DNA of 64,000 nucleotides from an uncultured Gammaproteobacteria bacterium (GTDB taxonomy: Bacteria; Patescibacteriota; Patescibacteriia; Patescibacteriales; UBA12465). The notes beneath the pieces were generated by a model. That model ran no database searches. It had not been told where the DNA came from and saw only the letters and a list, made by a program, of their open reading frames with translations. Positions 11,101-20,314 of the stretch are shown one piece after another (the first letter of the stretch is position 1; each line of letters opens with the position of its first letter). The position numbers and the translations under genes are program-made. The stretch covers positions 9,745 to 73,744 of the forward strand of contig CAYHCB010000006.1 of NCBI GenBank assembly GCA_964355275.1. Reading direction: 5' to 3'.

Positions 11101-11819
11101 CCAATCATAGACATGCGGTCAGTATCATGAATTTTCTTTTTATTCTGTAAACAAAGAAGAATATCTTGAGCCTCAGCATCTTCTTTTTTTAAATAATGAA
11201 CATCATTAGTAGCTACTAACGGAATATTTAACTCTTTGGAAAAATTAATTAAAGCATTATTTACCCGACTTTGTCCTTCAAGTTCAGGGTGGTCCATAAT
11301 CTCTAAATAAAAATTATCCTGACCAAAAAGTTCATTATATTCTAAGATTCTTTTTTTTGCACCCACTAAGTCACCAGCTAAAATATACTGGGAAATTTCT
11401 CCACCTAAACAAGCGGTTGAAGCAATTAAGCCCTCATGGTGTTCTTTAAGTAAATCCCAATCGATTCGCGGTTTATAATAAAAACCTTCTAGATGAGCAG
11501 CTGATATTAGTTTTATTAAATTTTTATAACCAATTTCATTTTTAACAAGTAATAAAAGATGATAATTTTTAGCATCAACGCGATTTAGTTTATCAAAGCG
11601 ACTTTTAGGGGCCAAATAAGTCTCTACTCCAATAATCGGCTTAATCCCTGCTTTTTTACATTTTTGGTAAAACTCAATTACGCCATACATTGTTCCGTGA
11701 TCAGTAATTGCTACAGCCGGAGAACCTTCACTTTTAGCACGATTAATCAACTCATCAAGTTGAGTTAAACCGTCAAGCAAAGAATAGTGGGTATGGTTAT
11801 GGAGGTGAACAAAAGACAT
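8148..11819 (-). CDS. dnaE: DNA polymerase III alpha subunit
   Basis: PHP N-terminus MSFVHLHNHTHYSLLDG; 1223 aa; polymerase core blocks (GPGRGSAAGS, MPDIDMDF). Confidence 0.95.
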   Translation of the reverse strand: MSFVHLHNHTHYSLLDGLTQLDELINRAKSEGSPAVAITDHGTMYGVIEFYQKCKKAGIKPIIGVETYLAPKSRFDKLNRVDAKNYHLLLLVKNEIGYKNLIKLISAAHLEGFYYKPRIDWDLLKEHHEGLIASTACLGGEISQYILAGDLVGAKKRILEYNELFGQDNFYLEIMDHPELEGQSRVNNALINFSKELNIPLVATNDVHYLKKEDAEAQDILLCLQNKKKIHDTDRMSMIGHGDYSMRSNVEMIEAFKDTPEAISNTLKIAEKCNLEIELGQIQLPHFEVPAGYSGDSYLRHQCEVGIKLRYPDLDLKSEEAKIILDRMDFELSVVEKMGWPDYFLIVADFVNWAKDAGVVVGPGRGSAAGSLLCYLTGITNLDPLKYDLLFERFLNPERVSMPDIDMDFSDIRRNDVLNYVAKKYGEDHVSQIITFGTMAARAAVRDVGRVLDYPYDFCDSLAKDIPMFTKLNDAIKTVPELKEKYAKNPDAKRVLDYALRLEGVARHASTHACGVLITKNPLTDYTPIQYASSADKTIVSQYSAHPIEDLGLLKMDFLGLKNLTIIEAALKIIKNVRGLKININDIPMDDKSAYELFQRGETTGVFQFESSGMKRYLRDLKPTEFEDIIAMVALYRPGPMEWIPDYISGKHGEKKVVYLHPKLEPILAKTYGVAIYQEQVMQIARDLAGFSMGQADVLRKAMGKKIVSLLAEQKEKFTDGCVKNGIYKELAEKIFSFIEPFAGYGFNRSHAACYALIGYQTAYLKAHWPVEFMAALLTADQHDTDRISIEIEECRNMGIKIMPPDVNESFDSFTVVTAGTAEHKIVSEDEVVDTIRFGLNAIKNIGEHIVSVIIKERKSGGAYLDLFNFLERITDRDLNKKSLESLIKCGALEHWGERGSLLVNSEKLLLLNKEISKNKESRQSSLFSGATEVSYQPKVTLEIVEPTPQAEKLAWEKELLGLYISEHPFNGYKKYLSEYAVPLVDLHRHKGANSVVTAGIIGSIKKIITKKNESMLFVKIEDATSSVELLIFPRLLKETLVIWQEGRAIICEGGVSEKDQDVKLLINQVMILDAVSPQNSVDDFKKLMMAAREKNGNGNSWQKNKYNRPGNDKLTAYSSNANKIVSANKISNNLNKTESGESKKNDDTTPLKIIFERDLLAEELQVLRELLIAHPGTSDTYFKIKQASKDTIMKTGFKVNNSKNLVIALQGLFSGALKIVEN

Positions 11820-11955
11820 AAAAAGTTTAAAATTTCTTGAGTTAATCTTAACTCAACTATAACAAGTTTAACGGAGCTTATCAATCTTGCTTAAAAAGAA
11901 AAAAAGTGCCCTGGTTGTGACACTTTTTTATTTCCTTTTTCTTTTAAGGCGTTAA

Positions 11956-12168
11956 TTATTCTTCGGCACGATATCTTTCGGACATAGTTAAATAAATAAC
12001 AAAGGCGAAAGCAAAACCGGCTATGGTGCCAAGAAGTAAACCTTTACCCAGCTCGAGTAAAGAAAACCCGGGTGTGGTTTTTAAAACGTAGATAAACACT
12101 CCAAGTCCAACAAGAGAGGACATTACTTTAGTTCGGCGAACTAATTTAGCTTGATTTTTTACTTCCAC
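11956..12168 (-). CDS. Small two-TM membrane protein, hypothetical
   Basis: 70-aa ORF with two hydrophobic helices, downstream of parB. No motif. Confidence 0.4.
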   Translation of the reverse strand: MEVKNQAKLVRRTKVMSSLVGLGVFIYVLKTTPGFSLLELGKGLLLGTIAGFAFAFVIYLTMSERYRAEE

Positions 12169-12227
12169 CTTAACCCCCTTTTTTTAAATTAATTAGTAAA
12201 AAGAACTTTAGAATATATATTATACAA

Positions 12228-13103
12228 TTAATTTACTATTTTGTCAAAAATGTCACTTAACTCTCCTTCACTATAAAAATCGATAATAATCTTACCGCCA
12301 CGCCCCTGCCTTTTAATATTTATTTTAGTACCTAAACTCTGAGCTAATCGTTTCTCTTTATCTTCATCAGCAAAATCTTTAATTCTAGCTTCCTTGGTTC
12401 CACCTAATCGTTTTATTTCACGATCAGTTTCCGCTACCGTCATGTTATTTCTTAGAATTTTACGAAAAACATTAATTTGTTTAGCTTCGCTGTCTAAGCC
12501 TAATAAATATTTAGCATGAGCTTCACTAATCTTCTTTTCGCCTAAAGCGATTTTAATTTCATCAGGTAATAATAACAGACGCAAACAATTAGCTATAGTT
12601 GAACGGGCTTTACCAACTCTTTTCGCCGCATCTTCTTGAGAAATATTAAATTCATCAATTAATTTTTGATAAGCCCAAGCAGTTTCTAAAGGGTTTAAGT
12701 TCTCCCGTTGTAAATTTTCAATAATCGCGAATTCTAACTTTTTTTGTTCACTAGCTTCACGAACAATCACTGGAACCTCTTTTAATCCTAAAACTTTAGC
12801 ACTGCGCAGACGACGTTCGCCAGCAATAAGTTCATATTTACCATCAGTTTTAGTAACAATCAGTGGTTGAATAATGCCATGCTCTCTAATTGATTCTACT
12901 AATTCATTTAAAGCATTATCAGCAAAATGCTGACGAGGTTGCCAAGGATTAATCGCAATTTTTTCCGGAGCAACTTTAATAATTCTATCAAAATCATTAA
13001 GTAATAAAGCTGAACCAGCCTCTGATAAAGCATCAAGTGGAACCGTGGTAATTATTTTTTTAGGGATGAGTGAATCAAGCCCGCGACCTAAACCGTTTGT
13101 CAT
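12228..13103 (-). CDS. parB: Chromosome partitioning protein ParB
   Basis: GLGRGLDSLIP, IAGERRLRSAK and HTH region; directly downstream of parA. Confidence 0.9.
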   Translation of the reverse strand: MTNGLGRGLDSLIPKKIITTVPLDALSEAGSALLLNDFDRIIKVAPEKIAINPWQPRQHFADNALNELVESIREHGIIQPLIVTKTDGKYELIAGERRLRSAKVLGLKEVPVIVREASEQKKLEFAIIENLQRENLNPLETAWAYQKLIDEFNISQEDAAKRVGKARSTIANCLRLLLLPDEIKIALGEKKISEAHAKYLLGLDSEAKQINVFRKILRNNMTVAETDREIKRLGGTKEARIKDFADEDKEKRLAQSLGTKINIKRQGRGGKIIIDFYSEGELSDIFDKIVN

Positions 13104-13116
13104 AATATGTAAAAAT

Positions 13117-13887
13117 TTATTTTATTTTTTCTAAAGAAATAACTTCTTGGGCTAACGCCTCATAAGCATGGGCACCGGTTGATTTGGGTTCATACTGTAA
13201 AATGCTGCGACCATAACTAGGCGCCTCGGCCAACCTTACGCTACGAGGAATAACTGTTTCAAAAACACGTCCGGGGAAATGTTTTTTAAGCTCTTCCATA
13301 ACCGAAGTAGATAATTTATTACGACGATCAAACATCGTAACTACCGTTCCCATTATTTTAAGTTCTGGTTTTAAATTTTCTTGTATCAAATTAATGGTTT
13401 GCAGTAATTGACCTAAGCCCTCTAAAGCATAATATTCGCTTTGAGTAGGAATTAAAATTTCATCAGCGGCCACTAAACTATTAATAGTTAAAAGTCCTAA
13501 AGATGGCGGACCATCAACAATTATATAATCATACTCCCCTCTTATACTCTCTAAAATTTGTGATAAACGATATTCTCTATTTTCCATTGACACCAGTTCA
13601 ATGCCAGCGCCAGCAAGACTGACGGTAGCCGGAGCAATTGAGTAACCTTTTTGTTTAGTCCGTTTAATAATATTAAAAATCTCTTTTTCACCAATTAAAG
13701 CCTCATAAATTCCCATTTCTAATTTACTATGTTCGATTCCTAGGCCAGAAGTGGCATTAGCTTGAGGGTCAAGGTCAACTAAAAGAACCTGTTTACCTAA
13801 ACTGGCTAAATAAGCTCCTAAATTAACAGAGGTGGTTGTTTTACCAACTCCCCCCTTTTGATTAACAACGGCAATGATTTTACCCAT
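13117..13887 (-). CDS. parA: Chromosome partitioning ATPase ParA/Soj
   Basis: Deviant Walker A KGGVGKTTT; ParA-length protein adjacent to parB. Confidence 0.9.
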   Translation of the reverse strand: MGKIIAVVNQKGGVGKTTTSVNLGAYLASLGKQVLLVDLDPQANATSGLGIEHSKLEMGIYEALIGEKEIFNIIKRTKQKGYSIAPATVSLAGAGIELVSMENREYRLSQILESIRGEYDYIIVDGPPSLGLLTINSLVAADEILIPTQSEYYALEGLGQLLQTINLIQENLKPELKIMGTVVTMFDRRNKLSTSVMEELKKHFPGRVFETVIPRSVRLAEAPSYGRSILQYEPKSTGAHAYEALAQEVISLEKIK

Positions 13888-13984
13888 AAAAACTGATTTT
13901 GTTACTAGTTTGATTATAACGGAAAAAGCTTATGCTAACAAGTGATAAAATTAAACAAAATTATTAAAAATATTTAATTTTAAT

Positions 13985-14012
13985 TTGACAACTTGAGTTT
14001 TTATATTATAAT
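13985..14012 (+). promoter_or_regulatory. Sigma-70 type promoter for tRNA-Leu
   Basis: TTGACA (13985-13990), 16-nt spacer, TATAAT (14007-14012), 15 nt before the tRNA 5' end. Confidence 0.55.
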
Positions 14013-14027
14013 AAGAAGGAATTTGAT

Positions 14028-14111
14028 GCCCGAGTGTCGGAACTGGTAGACGAACACGATTCAAAATCGTGCGGCCGAGAGGCCATGCGGGTTCGATTCC
14101 CGCCTTGGGCA
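14028..14111 (+). tRNA. tRNA-Leu (anticodon CAA), class II with long variable arm; CCA not encoded
   Basis: Hand-folded cloverleaf. Acceptor GCCCGAG/CTTGGGC, anticodon stem CACGA/TCGTG with loop TTCAAAA, variable arm CGGCCGAGAGGCCAT, T-arm GCGGG-TTCGATT-CCCGC. Confidence 0.9.
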
Positions 14112-14178
14112 CTTTTTAAAATTAAGAAACTTAGTAACAATCTTGATTATATTGTTGTGATGGTTATTTCCACTGAAG

Positions 14179-14210
14179 AGCAAGCTTTAAAAGGCTTGTT
14201 TTTTATTTTA
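14179..14210 (+). terminator. Intrinsic terminator after tRNA-Leu
   Basis: 7-bp stem AGCAAGC/GCTTGTT, 8-nt loop, then TTTTTATTTT. Confidence 0.5.
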
Positions 14211-14214
14211 ATAA

Positions 14215-14243
14215 TTGACTTTACTAAACAAAAATGTTAGATT
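14215..14243 (+). promoter_or_regulatory. Promoter for the 14311 gene
   Basis: TTGACT, 17-nt spacer containing TGn, TAGATT. Confidence 0.4.
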
Positions 14244-14310
14244 CTTTCCAAAGTCCAAAACCGAACGGGACGATAAATATAGGAGTAGGAAAAAATCAAA
14301 TTCTTTAACA

Positions 14311-15315
14311 ATGAAAAATTTTTTAGAAAGAATCCAGGGCATTCAAGATCAATGTATTAACAGATTTAAGAAAAAAGACCCCGCCTTAATCGGCAAAATT
14401 TCTGGAGCCACAATTCGCGGTATTGAAGGAGGTGTTTCATTTACGGAATACCGAAAAATAATGCAAAATGTGGACGATCACTCTAAAGATTGGCGTCGAT
14501 TCAAGGAAGACCCTAATAAGGTAGTAATTGAGAAAAATTTTCTGCTCAACTCCCTTGATTTAATCGGCGGTTTTTTAATCTTTAGACCAATTAACGATGA
14601 GGGTCAAACCTATATCCAGGTGAGTCCGGAATTTTGTTCGTCAATACCAAAGAGTAGTTATAATTACCGGCTGATATTCATCGCGGTAATTTGCGGAATC
14701 TTAACGTTGGCAGCTTTAATCAGTTTATCTTTTTTAGTTCTTCTCTGTTTAATAATTGCTATGTTTGTCGCAGACAGAAGAATAGTTGCCGAAAACAAGA
14801 GAATAAAAAAAGAGTGGGAAGAAAATCGCGCCAAACATCCCAACTCTCTATTTTCCGCCGCCTCATGTTCATTTCGCGAAATGGCTTCTAGGGGGAGAAT
14901 AAAGGCCTCCGTTAATGTTAATCTCTCTGACTGCCCTTTTGAAAGGCAGTATAATAAAATGTTAAATGAACTCGCCATTAGCGCCCATCAAATGAATGGA
15001 AGAATCGTTTGGTTATGGCGATACTCAAGATCGGCATCAAGCTTAGATTCACTTAACTTTTTATACCAAGAATCTAACTTAAAAGATTATCGTAATGCCT
15101 ACATAGATCTTACTCTTAACATCAAAAGCAGTAATCTGGTGCCAGCCATTGAAACAGAAAATTCATTTATTTTCTTTTTTGATAATTTTACGGAAAAGAT
15201 GGAAAAAGATAGCCCGCGTGATTATAGTTCATTTTTTAAACATTTAACCTCACAAATAAGAAATGAGTCAGGCACTATTTTAAAAGATGACATGTTTAAA
15301 CCATATGTCGCCTAA
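14311..15315 (+). CDS. Hypothetical membrane protein (orphan)
   Basis: ATG at 14311 preferred; the track's TTG start at 14215 lies in the terminator T-run/promoter. Central double TM (LIFIAVICGILTLAALISLSFLVLLCLIIAMFV). No motif. Confidence 0.55.
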   Translation: MKNFLERIQGIQDQCINRFKKKDPALIGKISGATIRGIEGGVSFTEYRKIMQNVDDHSKDWRRFKEDPNKVVIEKNFLLNSLDLIGGFLIFRPINDEGQTYIQVSPEFCSSIPKSSYNYRLIFIAVICGILTLAALISLSFLVLLCLIIAMFVADRRIVAENKRIKKEWEENRAKHPNSLFSAASCSFREMASRGRIKASVNVNLSDCPFERQYNKMLNELAISAHQMNGRIVWLWRYSRSASSLDSLNFLYQESNLKDYRNAYIDLTLNIKSSNLVPAIETENSFIFFFDNFTEKMEKDSPRDYSSFFKHLTSQIRNESGTILKDDMFKPYVA

Positions 15316-15335
15316 ACTAAAAATAAATCTAATAC

Positions 15336-15366
15336 AAAAAAGCGGACAAAAATGTCCGTTTTTTCT
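15336..15366. terminator. Bidirectional intrinsic terminator between convergent genes
   Basis: A-run, stem GCGGACA/TGTCCGT, 4-nt loop, T-run. Confidence 0.6.
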
Positions 15367-15393
15367 TTAATAAAAATATAGTTATACTTAAAT

Positions 15394-15747
15394 TTAACTT
15401 TTTTTAAATCTAACTGTAAAAATTGGTTCATATTCTACCTTATTTTCATCTATAATTTTTACTTCCTGACCACTAGTTAACTGAGTTAAAGCTAAATCTG
15501 ATAAAATTTGGGAGTCACCAGCGATATTTAATTTTAAACCTTCAATCTTATCGAACTCTTCTTTAAAATCTGATTGAACACCAACTTCTATTTTTTTCTT
15601 TTTAAGTTTTAATGATTCCAGTTCCTCAATAAGTTCTTGATACCCCCCATTAATAGATAAAGCATCGCGATACATTTTTTTAAGCTCACTTTGCTCTTTT
15701 TTTCTAACTTGAATTCTGTTAAAAACTTCGTGAAGATTTTGAGACAT
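15394..15747 (-). CDS. Hypothetical coiled-coil protein
   Basis: 117-aa ORF rich in E/K heptad-like sequence. No motif. Confidence 0.5.
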   Translation of the reverse strand: MSQNLHEVFNRIQVRKKEQSELKKMYRDALSINGGYQELIEELESLKLKKKKIEVGVQSDFKEEFDKIEGLKLNIAGDSQILSDLALTQLTSGQEVKIIDENKVEYEPIFTVRFKKS

Positions 15748-15907
15748 AGATTATTTTCAATTATATTTTAATTATAAAATTTATTATAGCACAAAGTAAA
15801 AATAAAAAAATTTAAACCAAAATCTCGACAATCTATTTACTTTATCATTAAAATATGTTATAAATACATATCCTTTAAAAATTTAATAATCCCAAAAAAA
15901 CCATAAG

Positions 15908-16465
15908 ATGAAAAGATTATTCGATATCACTGTAGCATTTATGCTGATAATAATATCCTGGCCTCTTATGTTGGTAGTAGGTATTATTATAAAAATAGAT
16001 TCTCCCGGCCCTATCTTTTACTGTCGTAAAAATAACGGTTTCATTAATTACAGAATAGGAAAAGAGGCAAAACCTTTTTACTATTTTAAATTTAGAAGCA
16101 TGTTTATTGACGATGAAAAAGTAACTAATTTTGGTGTTTTTATTAGAAGATGGCACTTCGATGAACTACCGGAATTATTTCTGGTACTTACAGGTAGTAT
16201 GAGCTTGGTGGGACCGAGACCGAGAACTAAAAATTCTATAATAAGAAGTCATGATTCTTATTATAAATCTCTAAGGGTTAAACCGGGAATGACCGGACCA
16301 TTTCAAATTAGTCGCCACAACAATACTATTGAAGAGGTTATTTATTTAAATAACTGGTATAGCGACAATTGTTGCTTTATAAAAGATCTAATTATTATTT
16401 TAAAAACCCCTCTAGCTATTCTAAGGCAAAAGGAAGGTGCCAAAGAAACTCTCAAATTAATATAA
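15908..16465 (+). CDS. Small phosphoglycosyl (bacterial sugar) transferase, PglC/WcaJ-C-terminal type, divergent
   Basis: Aligns by eye to the C-terminal domain of the 20315-21736 protein: re-entrant helix, PIFY, YYFKFRSM, FDELPELFLV, SLVGPRP. The ~30-aa segment holding the DPR[IV]T motif is absent. Confidence 0.7.
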   Translation: MKRLFDITVAFMLIIISWPLMLVVGIIIKIDSPGPIFYCRKNNGFINYRIGKEAKPFYYFKFRSMFIDDEKVTNFGVFIRRWHFDELPELFLVLTGSMSLVGPRPRTKNSIIRSHDSYYKSLRVKPGMTGPFQISRHNNTIEEVIYLNNWYSDNCCFIKDLIIILKTPLAILRQKEGAKETLKLI

Positions 16466-16489
16466 AGGCTGCTTAAAAAAGCAGCCTTT
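16465..16489. terminator. Hairpin terminator between convergent genes
   Basis: Stem AGGCTGCTT/AAGCAGCCT with AAAA loop, followed by TTGTTATTTT. Confidence 0.55.
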
Positions 16490-16514
16490 GTTATTTTATG
16501 TTGAAAAAAATATT

Positions 16515-17603
16515 TTATTTTATAATTCCACCGCCTAATACGCGATTTTTATTATAAAAAACAACACTCTGTCCCGAGGTGACAGCTCGCTGCGGCTCTT
16601 TAAAAATAACCAATAACTCAGTTTTACTTTTTCCACGACTAACAGTACAAACTACTGGCTTATGACCATAACGTATTACCGCTTGGCATTTTAAAGGTAG
16701 GGCTGGCTTTTCTCCAGATAACCAATTATTAGCCTCACAAACTAAACTAGAAGCAAATAAAATGTCTTCATTCCACTGGCGAACAACGTAAAGAATATTA
16801 TTTTCATAATCCATTTTTGCAACATAAAAAGGTCCATTACCCCCAACTTCAATACCTCGACGTTGACCAATAGTGTAAAGTGGCAAACCCTGATGAGTTG
16901 CTATTTCTTCCCCGCTATCTAATAATTTTATCGGACCAGGTTTTAATTTAAGATATCTTTTTAAAAAATCATTATGCGGACCAGATAAAAAACAGATGTC
17001 CTGACTCTCTGGTTTAGACGCCGTTACTAAACCATATTCTTCAGCTAATTTACGCACCCGCGGTTTATCATAAAAACCTAAAGGAAACATTAAATGTTTA
17101 AGTTGTTGTTGATTAAACGTATATAAAAAATAAGACTGATCCTTTTTTGTGTCCTTAGCTTTATATAAGCGACGTTCTCCTTTAAAATCTTTTATTTTTA
17201 AATAGTGACCAGTGGATACATAATCAAAACCTAATTTTCTAGCATATTCCAAAAGCAAGCCAATCTTAATTTTTTTATTACACAAAACACAAGGATTCGG
17301 TGTGCGGCCACTATTATATTCTGATAAAAAATTATCAACTACCGTTGCCTTAAATTCTTTAGAAAAATTAAAAGTATGAAGTGGTATGCCTATTTTGCTA
17401 GCAACCGCCTTAGCGTCAAGCAATGACTCAAGAGAACAACATTTATTTTCCGCTTTAGCACCTAACTTTTCATCTTTCCAGAAATGTAAAAAAATACCAG
17501 TAACATCATAACCCTGATTTTTTAAAAGTTGAGCCGCAACGGATGAATCAACGCCACCCGACATTGCCATTAATATTTTTATTTTTTTATTTTTATTTTT
17601 CAT
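16515..17603 (-). CDS. mnmA: tRNA 2-thiouridine(34) synthase MnmA
   Basis: PP-loop AMSGGVDSSVAA; conserved Cys (NPCVLCN, QDICFL); typical length. Confidence 0.9.
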   Translation of the reverse strand: MKNKNKKIKILMAMSGGVDSSVAAQLLKNQGYDVTGIFLHFWKDEKLGAKAENKCCSLESLLDAKAVASKIGIPLHTFNFSKEFKATVVDNFLSEYNSGRTPNPCVLCNKKIKIGLLLEYARKLGFDYVSTGHYLKIKDFKGERRLYKAKDTKKDQSYFLYTFNQQQLKHLMFPLGFYDKPRVRKLAEEYGLVTASKPESQDICFLSGPHNDFLKRYLKLKPGPIKLLDSGEEIATHQGLPLYTIGQRRGIEVGGNGPFYVAKMDYENNILYVVRQWNEDILFASSLVCEANNWLSGEKPALPLKCQAVIRYGHKPVVCTVSRGKSKTELLVIFKEPQRAVTSGQSVVFYNKNRVLGGGIIK

Positions 17604-18041
17604 TTACAAATCAATAATTATAGTAGTTGGTCCTTCATTAACTAAAGAAACAGACATTTTCGCACCGAAGTTACCAGTTAAAACTTTGAGTCCTTTATTT
17701 TTTAACAACTCAACTATTTTTTCATAGTACGGCACCGCCTTATCAGGTCGAGCTGATTCGATAAAACTTGGGCGATTCCCTTTTTTAGTATCACCGTAAA
17801 GAGTAAATTGTGACACCAAAAGTATTTCGCCACTGACATCCTGCAAACTTAAATTCATTTTATCGTTTTCATCGCTAAATATCCGTAAATTTGTAATTTT
17901 ATCAACCATTTTTATTATTTTGTCTTCCGTATCGTCTATATGAATGGCCAGTAAAACTAAAAAACCTCTATTTATTTGACTAACTATCTCTGTATCTACT
18001 TTAACGCTGGCACTACTTACTACTTGAACAATCGCACGCAT
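17604..18041 (-). CDS. dtd: D-aminoacyl-tRNA deacylase
   Basis: 145 aa with SQFTLYGD..KGNRPSF motif. Confidence 0.9.
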   Translation of the reverse strand: MRAIVQVVSSASVKVDTEIVSQINRGFLVLLAIHIDDTEDKIIKMVDKITNLRIFSDENDKMNLSLQDVSGEILLVSQFTLYGDTKKGNRPSFIESARPDKAVPYYEKIVELLKNKGLKVLTGNFGAKMSVSLVNEGPTTIIIDL

Positions 18042-18042
18042 A

Positions 18043-19185
18043 TTATTTTTTAAATAAATTTAAATAATTATCAACTGTTTTTTTCCAATTAAAAAGTTTA
18101 GCTCGTGCTATGCCTTTTTGCGCATAACTTTCTCTAAGCTTGGTATCAAGTAATAATGTTTCCATTGCTCTAGCTAAATCTAAAGTAGAATAAGGATTTA
18201 CTATTAAAGCGGCCGCCCCAGTTACTTCTGGTAGAGATGAAACATCAGAAGTAATAGTAGCAAGTCCGTGAGCCATAGCTTCAAGCGGCGGAAAACCAAA
18301 ACCTTCATAATAAGAAGGGTAAACAAATAAGGAAGCATTAGAATAAAGCCAATCACGCTCAGTACGACTAACATAGCCTAAAAAAAGAATATCATCGCGA
18401 TATAAAGAGGCGGCCGCTTTTCTGTAAATATGTTTATTTTTCCAACCACTAGCGCCTGCTAAAACTAATTGATATTCCGTTAAAGGAAAATGTCTATCAC
18501 GCATTAAATCGTAAGCCTCGATTAAACCAGATACATTTTTTCGGGGTTCAATGGCACCAAGATAAAGAATAAAACGTTCGCTTATCTTATTTTTATCTTT
18601 AAATTTTTTTGCCTCTATTTCCGTTAAACGGTCTTTTTCTTTATTTAAACCGGAATAAATAACTACTATTTTTTCTTCGGGAATTTGTAAGAGTTCCATT
18701 AAATCGATCTTGGTATTTTCTGATATAGCCACAATTACATCATATTTTTTTACTAATTGTTTAATGTTAAGTCCTTTGTGCCAAAAATTTTTACGAGCAC
18801 TAAAAAATTCCGGATAACGTAAAAATGATAAATCATGAATTGTTAAAATCTTTTTACCAGCCGAAGCTCCAAAACAAGAAAAGTTAAGATGTGGCGACCA
18901 AAAAACATCAACCGGTCCAGTAATTGAATCTAATTTGGGCCAAGCGAAAAACTTTTGTAAAACATAGTTAAAAATTTTATTTGGCCAACTAGTATTTTTA
19001 AAGCTAACTCTTGGACCACACCAATCTAAAAAATGCCGATCTAATTTCTTAAAAGAATTGTAATAAAAAATATACTCATTCCCGTCATCACGAGCTAAAA
19101 GTTCTTTAAGTAAATAATGGGTGTATTCCGAAATACCACTATATTGTCTGTCCATTAAAACCCTGATGTCAACGCCTATTTTCAT
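18043..19185 (-). CDS. Glycosyltransferase family 4 (GT-B)
   Basis: C-terminal EX7E-type block YEGFGFPPLEAMAHG. Confidence 0.8.
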   Translation of the reverse strand: MKIGVDIRVLMDRQYSGISEYTHYLLKELLARDDGNEYIFYYNSFKKLDRHFLDWCGPRVSFKNTSWPNKIFNYVLQKFFAWPKLDSITGPVDVFWSPHLNFSCFGASAGKKILTIHDLSFLRYPEFFSARKNFWHKGLNIKQLVKKYDVIVAISENTKIDLMELLQIPEEKIVVIYSGLNKEKDRLTEIEAKKFKDKNKISERFILYLGAIEPRKNVSGLIEAYDLMRDRHFPLTEYQLVLAGASGWKNKHIYRKAAASLYRDDILFLGYVSRTERDWLYSNASLFVYPSYYEGFGFPPLEAMAHGLATITSDVSSLPEVTGAAALIVNPYSTLDLARAMETLLLDTKLRESYAQKGIARAKLFNWKKTVDNYLNLFKK

Positions 19186-19187
19186 GT

Positions 19188-20306
19188 TTACTGATTATTT
19201 TTTACAACATTTATAAATTTTGTAATTTCTTCTTTAAAACGATTAACGGAAAATTTTTCGGCATGTGCGCGAATTTCTTCAGAATTAAAATCATAACTAC
19301 TAAATTTCTTCACAATCCCAACTATTGCATCAGCTGTTTGTTCATTAAAAAACAAGCCGGTTTTACCTTCAATAACCGTTTCTGTAACGCCACCTTTATT
19401 ATAAGCAATAACTGGTCGGCCAGAAGCCATTGATTCAACAGGAGTAATACCGAAATCTTCTTCCTGAGGATTAATAAAGGCTTGAGCTCGACTATATAAC
19501 ACCGCTTTTTCATCATCACTAATGCGACCTAAGAATTCAATATTAGTTGCTTCACCAGTAATATCCTTAAGATGATCTAAATCTAAACCATCACCAAAAA
19601 CTTTTAATTTATATTCAGCGCCTAATTTTTTAAAAGCTTCAACAACGATATCGACTCTTTTATATGGCACTAAACGACAACCAATTAAAAAATATTTTTC
19701 TTCTGGTGCTTGATTTTTTAAATCACTAATAAAAAAATGTTCCGTTTCAACCGGCGGATAAATTACTTGAGAATCGCGACGATAATATTTGGTAATTCTT
19801 TTTTGAACTGTTTTAGAATTAGCAATAAAATAATCTACTCGCGCCGCTGCTAAAAAATCCCACATTCTAAGTCTCACTAAAATAGTAGAGATTACTTTCT
19901 TTAACCATTTATTATATTTAAGTTCATTTAAATATTGATGGGCATCGCTCCACAAATAACGTGTAGGAGTGTGACAATAACAAATATGAGGAATGTCAGG
20001 ACTAGTAATCACGCCTTTAGCAAACGAGCTAGTATCAGAAATTACTAAATCATATTCACGCAAATCAAAAAATTCCACCGCCATTGGCATAAGTGGTAAA
20101 TACCATTTATAGTGACGAACGCCGCCAGGTAGTTTTTGAATAATCGAGGTATCTATTCGACGCCCCTTTAGATATTTTTCAGTCTTAACTTTATCAGCCA
20201 GCAAAGCGTAAATAACCGCATCAGGAAACATTTCAGCAAATATTTTTAAAACTTTTTCAGCACCACCGTCTTGCGCTAAATGATCATGGATTAAGGCAAC
20301 TTTCAT
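19188..20306 (-). CDS. Glycosyltransferase family 4 (GT-B)
   Basis: EEDFGITPVESMASGRPVIA block; N-terminal GGAEK. Confidence 0.8.
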   Translation of the reverse strand: MKVALIHDHLAQDGGAEKVLKIFAEMFPDAVIYALLADKVKTEKYLKGRRIDTSIIQKLPGGVRHYKWYLPLMPMAVEFFDLREYDLVISDTSSFAKGVITSPDIPHICYCHTPTRYLWSDAHQYLNELKYNKWLKKVISTILVRLRMWDFLAAARVDYFIANSKTVQKRITKYYRRDSQVIYPPVETEHFFISDLKNQAPEEKYFLIGCRLVPYKRVDIVVEAFKKLGAEYKLKVFGDGLDLDHLKDITGEATNIEFLGRISDDEKAVLYSRAQAFINPQEEDFGITPVESMASGRPVIAYNKGGVTETVIEGKTGLFFNEQTADAIVGIVKKFSSYDFNSEEIRAHAEKFSVNRFKEEITKFINVVKNNQ

Positions 20307-20314
20307 GTATTTAT

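Noticed and set aside
12228-13103. parS site (TGTTNCACGTGNAACA) in or near parB
   Set aside because: I found none by eye. The only CACGTG I noticed (about 62297) lacks the flanking GTT/AAC arms. A computational scan is needed.
14034-14240. 68-aa track ORF
   Set aside because: It is read straight through tRNA-Leu and its terminator.
14215-14310. N-terminal extension (TTG start) of the 14215-15315 ORF
   Set aside because: The extension begins in the tRNA terminator T-run and coincides with a good promoter. ATG 14311 is preferred.
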